Shown one piece after another: positions 46,008-51,702 of a stretch of 51,702 nt of DNA (within the stretch, counting starts at the first letter, position 1; each line of letters begins with the position of its first letter). Both the position numbers and the translations under genes were made by a program. Location of the stretch: positions 1 to 51,702 of the forward strand of contig CAZLNV010000001.1 in the NCBI GenBank assembly GCA_964561095.1, read 5' to 3'. The notes under the pieces were generated by a model, which ran no database searches, was not told the origin of the DNA, and worked only from the letters and a program-made list of their open reading frames with translations. This DNA is from an uncultured Muribaculaceae bacterium. Its GTDB lineage: Bacteria; Bacillota_I; Bacilli_A; RF39; UBA660.

Positions 46008-46393
46008 AAAAAATCTATTTTGGCTATGATTTAACTTATTTAGTAATATTTATTATAGAATTTGTTTATTATTTAAGGTTTAATTCAACATTATTTGGGC
46101 TAATCTACATAGTATTGAATTTATTGGTTTTGTCTCTACTAATGCTAAGTTTAATTAATTATAAAAATGATAATGTTAAAATAAGGATAAGTAAAAATAT
46201 CTTTTTAATTGTTATTATTTTCTTTTTATCATTCATACTTCCTAAATTAAATTTTATAGATGAAAGTAAAATATTTATAGATAGCATAAAATCATTTATA
46301 GGTATAATAGATCCTTTATTAATACTAGTTTTAGCTATTGTTAGTTTTTTAGATTTTAAGTTTAATAATAAGAGAAATTATAAAATCAATTAA
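46004..46393 (+). CDS. Small polytopic membrane protein
   Basis: Its ATG overlaps the NTase stop (GTATGA). It has four hydrophobic helices. Its 3' end overlaps the convergent gene by 45 nt. Confidence 0.45.
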   Translation: MKKIYFGYDLTYLVIFIIEFVYYLRFNSTLFGLIYIVLNLLVLSLLMLSLINYKNDNVKIRISKNIFLIVIIFFLSFILPKLNFIDESKIFIDSIKSFIGIIDPLLILVLAIVSFLDFKFNNKRNYKIN

Positions 46394-46897
46394 CATAACC
46401 ACTCCAAGAATAGCAATTATTATTTTTGGAGTTTTTGCATATAATTTATCTGTTAAAGGTTTTATAAAATAATATAGTAAAATAACAGTCATACTCCAAA
46501 AAAATGATGTAGGTATACTTATGTATTTGCCAATATTTAATGGATAATTTGTATAATTCCAATAAACCAGATTAAAAAGTTTTTCTAATAAGATACCAGT
46601 AATCCATTCAATTGTAGTAATTATTATGAAAGATAATATAAAAAACATTAATACTTTTCTTATATTTGAACCAATTTTAATTCTTTCAAATATAAAAAAC
46701 ATTAAGGTAATGCATAATCCATATAAAAAAGTGTATGGTCCATACATGATACCGCTGTCGTAATTAAATGAAAAAATTATTTTGAGTATGGTTTCATATA
46801 TAAAACCAAATATTGAGTAAAAAATTAGATTAAATAAACATGTCATAAATATAGCATTTACTAAAATGTTATCAAATATTCTATTAATATTTGACAA
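46349..46897 (-). CDS. Putative ABC-transporter type IV (CmpB/PF06541-like) membrane protein
   Basis: FGFIYETILK...GIMYGPYTFLYGL follows the pattern I recall for this family. It has about 5 TM helices. Confidence 0.5.
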   Translation of the reverse strand: MSNINRIFDNILVNAIFMTCLFNLIFYSIFGFIYETILKIIFSFNYDSGIMYGPYTFLYGLCITLMFFIFERIKIGSNIRKVLMFFILSFIIITTIEWITGILLEKLFNLVYWNYTNYPLNIGKYISIPTSFFWSMTVILLYYFIKPLTDKLYAKTPKIIIAILGVVMLIDFIISLIIKLKI

Positions 46898-46950
46898 TAA
46901 AATACAAAAGTGGTATAATACAAAGCATATTTATTAAGGGGGTATGAAAT

Positions 46951-48213
46951 ATGACAAAAAAGGATTTGTTATTACAAATAAGAACAATAGATATGAGAAT
47001 CAGAAACATAAAGAGTTCATTAAATGAACTGTATGCAAAATTTGATAAATTAAGTGAGGATGAGCTAAAACTAGAATCAAAACTTTTAATGGAAGTTGCA
47101 AGCTTAAGAAAAATTAGAAGAGAGTATGTTTCTATGGAACCAAGTTTAGAAAATGAACTTTTACCATCATCTGCTAAAAAAGCGGAGTTAAAAGTATCTA
47201 ATAAAGAAAAAGACAAAAACGCAAAAGATAAGGATGCTTTTAGCGGTAAGAATTTGTTTATTGGTTCTGTTGCATTATTAACAGTAATGGCTATAGCGGC
47301 TTTATGCGCAAAGAACTGTAAAAAAGGAAAAGAAACAGCAAATTTAAATACACCAGCAGCAATTGAGATAACCGTTCCTTATTCTCCTACGTTTACTTCC
47401 GAGGCTATGCCTACGGTTACACCAGAAATAAAAGCAATGTTTAGTGATGTGACAAGTGAAGAAGAATTAATTGAGAGAGCAAAATTAATTTATGATATTG
47501 ATTTAAAACCAATATTAGATGAATTAGGTAATGAACAATTAAATAATTATATAACAGAAGAAAGATTAATTGATATGTTGAGATTGGAACTAGGAGAATT
47601 ACCATTGCATTCAGAATATGATGATAATTCAATTGATGAGATGTATCAATTTAGAACAGAAGTATTTGGTAACTTAGGCTCAGATCCTAATTTAACTAAA
47701 TTATATCCAGCACATTATGCTTTACAAGCTCCTGATAATAGCGAATTAAGCGAGTATATGGCATCGTATGATGAGCTATATAATAATATTGCCGAAGCTA
47801 GAAATAATGGTGATATGGAAAGTGCTATAAAGAATATTGAGGCATTAGGTAAAAAGCATTATAACGAATTTGTTTTAGCGGGCTTATATGGAGATTTTAA
47901 CCCATATTTATTAGATAGCGAATATAGGCAGTTAGCTTTTGCAGCTGCTGATGAAAGATATGCTTCATATGTATTAGAATATATATTAGATAATAATTTA
48001 ACTATATGTGTACCAGCATGTTATGATCCAGTTACTGGAGAATTTAAAGATATAAATGTAGTTGATATAGAAGAAGCACTTGTACTTGGAACTAGTATGA
48101 ATGGAAAAGTTTCATTATCGTATTATGGAAATGCACAAGATGTAAATTTGCCAAGAGAATTTTATTACAATTTAGCAAAAAAATTAGATGGTAAAGTATT
48201 AAAGAGGGGGTAA
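46951..48213 (+). CDS. Hypothetical bitopic protein with an N-terminal cytoplasmic coiled coil, one TM and a roughly 290-aa extracytoplasmic domain
   Basis: GGGGG RBS. Heptad-like N-terminus (residues 1-70), a K-rich linker, and the TM LFIGSVALLTVMAIAALCA. I did not recognise a family. Confidence 0.6.
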   Translation: MTKKDLLLQIRTIDMRIRNIKSSLNELYAKFDKLSEDELKLESKLLMEVASLRKIRREYVSMEPSLENELLPSSAKKAELKVSNKEKDKNAKDKDAFSGKNLFIGSVALLTVMAIAALCAKNCKKGKETANLNTPAAIEITVPYSPTFTSEAMPTVTPEIKAMFSDVTSEEELIERAKLIYDIDLKPILDELGNEQLNNYITEERLIDMLRLELGELPLHSEYDDNSIDEMYQFRTEVFGNLGSDPNLTKLYPAHYALQAPDNSELSEYMASYDELYNNIAEARNNGDMESAIKNIEALGKKHYNEFVLAGLYGDFNPYLLDSEYRQLAFAAADERYASYVLEYILDNNLTICVPACYDPVTGEFKDINVVDIEEALVLGTSMNGKVSLSYYGNAQDVNLPREFYYNLAKKLDGKVLKRG

Positions 48214-48219
48214 ATAGTT

Positions 48220-49533
48220 ATGTATAGTAATGATAGAGGTTTTGGCCTTAAAGATTTAATTATTAAGATTATATTCTTAGCATTGTTTGTTTTATTAATG
48301 GTATGGTTATTCCGTACATACACTCCGAATATGAAACCGTTTTATAGTAATGTGTTTAGAGAAAACATTTCATATATGCAAGATTCAGCTAAAAATTATT
48401 TTACAACTGACAAATTACCTGCTGAAATAGGTCAAAGTACTAAATTGACATTAAAAGAAATGCAGGAGAAAAAGTTGTTATTAGCTTTTGTTGATAAAGA
48501 TGGAAATTCTTGTAATATGTATGAATCTTACGCTGAAGTTACAAAAGAAGAAAATGGTTATATATTAAAGACAAATCTAGAATGCAATACTGAAAAAGAT
48601 TATGTTATAGAAATATTGGGGTGCTATGATTATGGATGCGACAAAGGTTGCAATCTAAAAGAAACCGCTTTAGAATATCAATTTACTAAAAGATTTTCTA
48701 AAACAGTAACAAATCTTACATGTCCTAAAGGATATAAAAGAGATGGAAACTATTGCTATAAGACAGTTGGAAACGAAACGGTAGGAGCAACTAAGAATTA
48801 TACAGATGCTTATGTAATAGCAACGGGAGTTTTATATACAGTTGGTGCTAATCAAGAAATTGAATTAAAAGCAAATTGTACAACTACAACAACTCAAACT
48901 AAAGTATATAAAGACGCAATTGCTACTACAGTCACTAATGGAACATGTAAAGATATTCAAATTAAAGATCCGAATTGTACTGTTCAATGCAAAATGGTTT
49001 GGGATAGTAATTCTAAAACATATGTTAAGAAATGTAATACTTGTGGTTATATAACTACAAAAGATTGTTCAGAAGTAACAACTACAACAAATTATTCTTG
49101 CCCTGAAGGATATAACGATGGTTATGTTGGAGAAGGAGCAAATAAAAAATGCTATAAGTTAGTAAGCACTAAGACAACTAATTGTACTTGCCCGGTAGGA
49201 ACAGATAAAGAAACCGGAAGTGGCGAAAACAAGAAATGTTATGATATAGTGTCCGGTGCTAAGACTCCATATTGTGAAAATAAGGATGCTAAGTATGATA
49301 GTAAAACTAATAAGTGTTTGTTAACTGTGGGGGGTAATTTTTCACACTATAGTTGCCCTTCCAATAAGTACTCTTTAGATAAAGAAAAGGGAACATGTAC
49401 TTTGTCAATAGTTGATAAGATTAAAGCAACTAAGAATGTAAGTACAAAGACTTGGACTCAAACTAAATGGAGTAGAAGTAAAACATTAAAAGGATGGACA
49501 GCTACAGGCAAAACAAGAATAGTCGAACTATAA
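48220..49533 (+). CDS. Cys-rich extracytoplasmic repeat protein with a pilin-like N-terminus
   Basis: 6-nt gap from the upstream gene and a GGGGG RBS. The N-terminus RGFGLKDLIIKIIFLALFVLLMVWLF resembles a class III (prepilin) signal. There are 23 Cys after the TM and five repeats of type (S/T)CPxG..x(8-14)..KC(Y)x(L/I/T)V. Confidence 0.6.
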   Translation: MYSNDRGFGLKDLIIKIIFLALFVLLMVWLFRTYTPNMKPFYSNVFRENISYMQDSAKNYFTTDKLPAEIGQSTKLTLKEMQEKKLLLAFVDKDGNSCNMYESYAEVTKEENGYILKTNLECNTEKDYVIEILGCYDYGCDKGCNLKETALEYQFTKRFSKTVTNLTCPKGYKRDGNYCYKTVGNETVGATKNYTDAYVIATGVLYTVGANQEIELKANCTTTTTQTKVYKDAIATTVTNGTCKDIQIKDPNCTVQCKMVWDSNSKTYVKKCNTCGYITTKDCSEVTTTTNYSCPEGYNDGYVGEGANKKCYKLVSTKTTNCTCPVGTDKETGSGENKKCYDIVSGAKTPYCENKDAKYDSKTNKCLLTVGGNFSHYSCPSNKYSLDKEKGTCTLSIVDKIKATKNVSTKTWTQTKWSRSKTLKGWTATGKTRIVEL

Positions 49534-49538
49534 ATATA

Positions 49539-49569
49539 AAGATGAAATTGAAGAAATTTCATCTTTTTT
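49539..49569 (+). terminator. Rho-independent terminator after the Cys-rich protein gene
   Basis: aagatgaaatt-gaaga-aatttcatctt, an 11-bp stem followed by a T run. Confidence 0.75.
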
Positions 49570-49618
49570 GTTGAATTTTTTTCATTTATCATCTATTATA
49601 AATATAGAGGTGAAAAAA

Positions 49619-50071
49619 ATGAAAAAATTTTGGAAAAAGTATAAGGTATTAGTTATAGTTGCTTTATTAGTGGTAGCTTTTGTGGCATTATCGTTTTTAG
49701 TAGAAGGAAATAAACCTGCAGCAAAAGAACCTAGTTCAAGTGTTAGTGAATGGGTAGAAGCTGTTAAAGAAGATAAAAATGTTATTACAGTAATTGCGCT
49801 ATCATATTGTAGCCATTGTAAAGATTATAAACCTGTAATTACTGAAATAGCTACTAAATATTCTATACCGCTTTATTGGTTCGAAATAGACACAGTGTCT
49901 GAAGCAGATGCAAATACAATTAGTTCAACATATGCTTTTAGTGAGTACGAAGGTGCTTCTCCATACACAGCAATTACTAAAAAAGGTGCAGTAATAGCTC
50001 AGTATGCAAATGGTTATATGTCTAATGAACAAGCATTAAGCTTTTTGAAAGATAATGGAGTAATTAAATAA
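49619..50071 (+). CDS. Membrane-anchored thioredoxin-fold thiol-disulfide oxidoreductase (CxxC = CSHC)
   Basis: Signal-anchor KVLVIVALLVVAFVALSFLV, then a thioredoxin-like VIALSYCSHCKDYKP motif. The start is moved to the ATG behind an AGAGGTGA RBS. Confidence 0.72.
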   Translation: MKKFWKKYKVLVIVALLVVAFVALSFLVEGNKPAAKEPSSSVSEWVEAVKEDKNVITVIALSYCSHCKDYKPVITEIATKYSIPLYWFEIDTVSEADANTISSTYAFSEYEGASPYTAITKKGAVIAQYANGYMSNEQALSFLKDNGVIK

Positions 50072-50100
50072 AAAACTTTAAAAACTTTAAAGTTTTTTTT
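50072..50100 (+). terminator. Rho-independent terminator of the thioredoxin-like gene
   Basis: aaaactttaaa / tttaaagtttt hairpin followed by a T8 run. Confidence 0.6.
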
Positions 50101-50123
50101 ATAATATATATATGGTGGTTAAT

Positions 50124-51215
50124 ATGAAAAAATATATTGGTATTTTATTTTTATCATTAATAGTAGTAATGTTTATTAAATATTTTAATGCTGAGTACAA
50201 AATTAAGTATAATCTTGATGATCATAGTATAATAGCTAAATATGAAAATGGAAGGTATTATGTAGAAATAGATGGTAAATATAATTTTGATATTTATAAA
50301 TCAAGAGGCTTAAAAAAATTAAAAATAAAACAAATAAAAGTTATAGATGATAATGAGTTATATTGTATTATTCCAATAATTGATGGAATTAATACTTACC
50401 CGCTATGCTACTTGAATGAAGAATATATTGATTATAATTTAGTGGACAATGAAGAAATTAATGAATATAAAAATACATACACGGATCACTTAAAAGGTAA
50501 TTTTTCTTTTAATAATAATTTGAATAAAAAAGAATACATTCTTTTATGGAATTACAAAGGATTTTATAGAATGAATGGTGAAGATATAAATACAATTAAT
50601 TTATTTAAAGAAGGCAAGTATGACAATAATTTAATGTGTCAGATAAATAATGAACTTTTATTTCCAGATTATAAAGAAGAATATAATTTTAAAGTTTTCT
50701 ATTTATTGGATATTGGAAATGGCAATAAGAAAACAATAGAAAGTAAGTATGAATTTAGTTATGACGGATACATAGTAGGGAATATTAATAATAAGATATA
50801 TTTTTATGATAATAAAAATTCTAAGTTATATGAAATTAATATTAAAAAATCAGAAATAAAACTAATTGGTTCAGAAGAATTAGGATATATAAAATATATT
50901 AATAAAAAACAAGTTGTGGCTAAAAAAAGTGAATATAAAAATCAAGAAATTAATTATATTAATGAAAAATCAAATTATAAATACTCAGTAGAAAATAATA
51001 ATTTATATAAAGTTATAAACGATAATGAGAATATCAAGATTAAAATATTTAATGGTGAAAAAATTAAGGTAATAAAAGAAAACAATAATGATTTATATTT
51101 TATTTCAAATGATATTATGTATAAATACAATCCATCTATTGGATATATTAAAATATTTAATTATTTTGAACTTAATTTTAATACAAATAATATTATTTAT
51201 ATATATAATAAATAA
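50124..51215 (+). CDS. Hypothetical N-terminally anchored protein with an N/K/Y-rich, beta-strand-like ectodomain
   Basis: Signal-anchor IGILFLSLIVVMFIKYF and a long uninterrupted ORF. I did not recognise a family. Confidence 0.55.
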   Translation: MKKYIGILFLSLIVVMFIKYFNAEYKIKYNLDDHSIIAKYENGRYYVEIDGKYNFDIYKSRGLKKLKIKQIKVIDDNELYCIIPIIDGINTYPLCYLNEEYIDYNLVDNEEINEYKNTYTDHLKGNFSFNNNLNKKEYILLWNYKGFYRMNGEDINTINLFKEGKYDNNLMCQINNELLFPDYKEEYNFKVFYLLDIGNGNKKTIESKYEFSYDGYIVGNINNKIYFYDNKNSKLYEINIKKSEIKLIGSEELGYIKYINKKQVVAKKSEYKNQEINYINEKSNYKYSVENNNLYKVINDNENIKIKIFNGEKIKVIKENNNDLYFISNDIMYKYNPSIGYIKIFNYFELNFNTNNIIYIYNK

Positions 51216-51256
51216 CAAAATTATACTTTTATCATAGAATATTTTAGGTGATGAAA

Positions 51257-51595
51257 ATGATAAATAATTCTAGTGATAAAAGTTTGGATACTCCTTTTTA
51301 TAGTTATTATGCAATTAAAAGTGGCGATACTCTTTACAAAATTGCCAAAGAGTTTGATATGAATCCTAAGTTAATAGCTGAGCTTAATGGTTTAAAGTTA
51401 GAGGATTATATTTACCCTAATGAAACTTTAAAGATACCTAAAAAGGGAGTTCAATATTACATAACAAAAGAAACAGATACTTTAAAAGAGGTAAGTAAAA
51501 TATTTGGGAAGCCTATTAATGAATTAGTAAGCCAAAATGAAACAATATATTTATTACCCGAACAGATGATATTTTATAAAGAGGGTGGCATATAA
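51257..51595 (+). CDS. Small protein with two LysM domains
   Basis: YYAIKSGDTLYKIAKEFDMNPKLIAELNGL......NETLKIP and YYITKETDTLKEVSKIFGKPINELVSQN. The start sits behind an AGGTGA RBS. Confidence 0.8.
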   Translation: MINNSSDKSLDTPFYSYYAIKSGDTLYKIAKEFDMNPKLIAELNGLKLEDYIYPNETLKIPKKGVQYYITKETDTLKEVSKIFGKPINELVSQNETIYLLPEQMIFYKEGGI

Positions 51596-51596
51596 A

Positions 51597-51619
51597 AGCA
51601 ACTAAATAGTTGTTTTTTT
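51597..51619 (+). terminator. Terminator of the LysM gene
   Basis: gcaacta-aa-tagttgt (one G-U pair) followed by a T7 run. Confidence 0.5.
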
Positions 51620-51638
51620 ACTATGACTTTGATATAAT
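51610..51638 (+). promoter_or_regulatory. Promoter for tRNA-Cys
   Basis: TTGTTT, a 17-nt spacer, then TATAAT with an extended -10 TG (TGaTATAAT). It ends 11 nt before the tRNA 5' end. Confidence 0.5.
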
Positions 51639-51649
51639 ACAACATGAAT

Positions 51650-51702
51650 GGACCTATAGCCAAGTGGTAAGGCGTGGGACTGCAACTCCCTGATCGTTGG
51701 TT
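51650..51702 (+). tRNA. tRNA-Cys (anticodon GCA), 5' portion; the window ends inside the T-arm
   Basis: GGACCTA acceptor half, D-arm GCC-AAGTGGTAA-GGC, anticodon stem (T)GGGA/TCCC(T) with loop CTGCAAC, then GTTGGTT starting the T-arm. Confidence 0.8.

Overview
This is a strongly AT-rich chromosomal window from a low-GC Gram-positive endospore former (Bacillota). Supporting signs are CotJ, CwlJ/SleB-type and LysM proteins, tRNAs with encoded CCA, and GGAGG-type RBSs. Most of it is ordinary core genome: asnB, prs, typA, metG, hsp20 behind a textbook CIRCE operator, rubrerythrin, a two-gene SufC/SufBD module, the cotJ operon, tsaE/tsaB/rimI-tsaD, a P-type Ca2+-ATPase, ligA, an LtaS-type lipoteichoic-acid synthase cluster, pcrA, and three singleton tRNAs (Trp, Asn, partial Cys). 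I saw no rRNA, CRISPR array or IS transposase. The clearly accessory part is the left edge. The window opens inside an integrated element whose last gene is a 551-aa large serine recombinase. 17 nt after that gene's stop, an Amidase_3 + 5xLysM cell-wall hydrolase gene opens mid-domain with no start codon, so a host gene is split or truncated by the element. A perfect 16-bp inverted repeat pair brackets the 563 bp directly upstream of the recombinase, which makes it a candidate invertible switch. Other items worth a second look: an 837-aa secreted protein combining a SipW-type signal, a TasA-like module, a glycine-rich domain, a discoidin domain and a LamG domain; a + strand run of anchored proteins of unknown function (46951-51595) that includes a pilin-like protein with 23 Cys next to a membrane-anchored CxxC thioredoxin; a stand-alone Clp D1 AAA+ module; a dual-SBP receptor with a degenerate GGDEF (NGSEF) beside ltaS; fused cotJA-cotJB and rimI-tsaD ORFs; and twin palindromes in front of an AAA/PD-(D/E)xK ATPase. 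All functional calls come from reading motifs in the supplied translations; no database search was possible.
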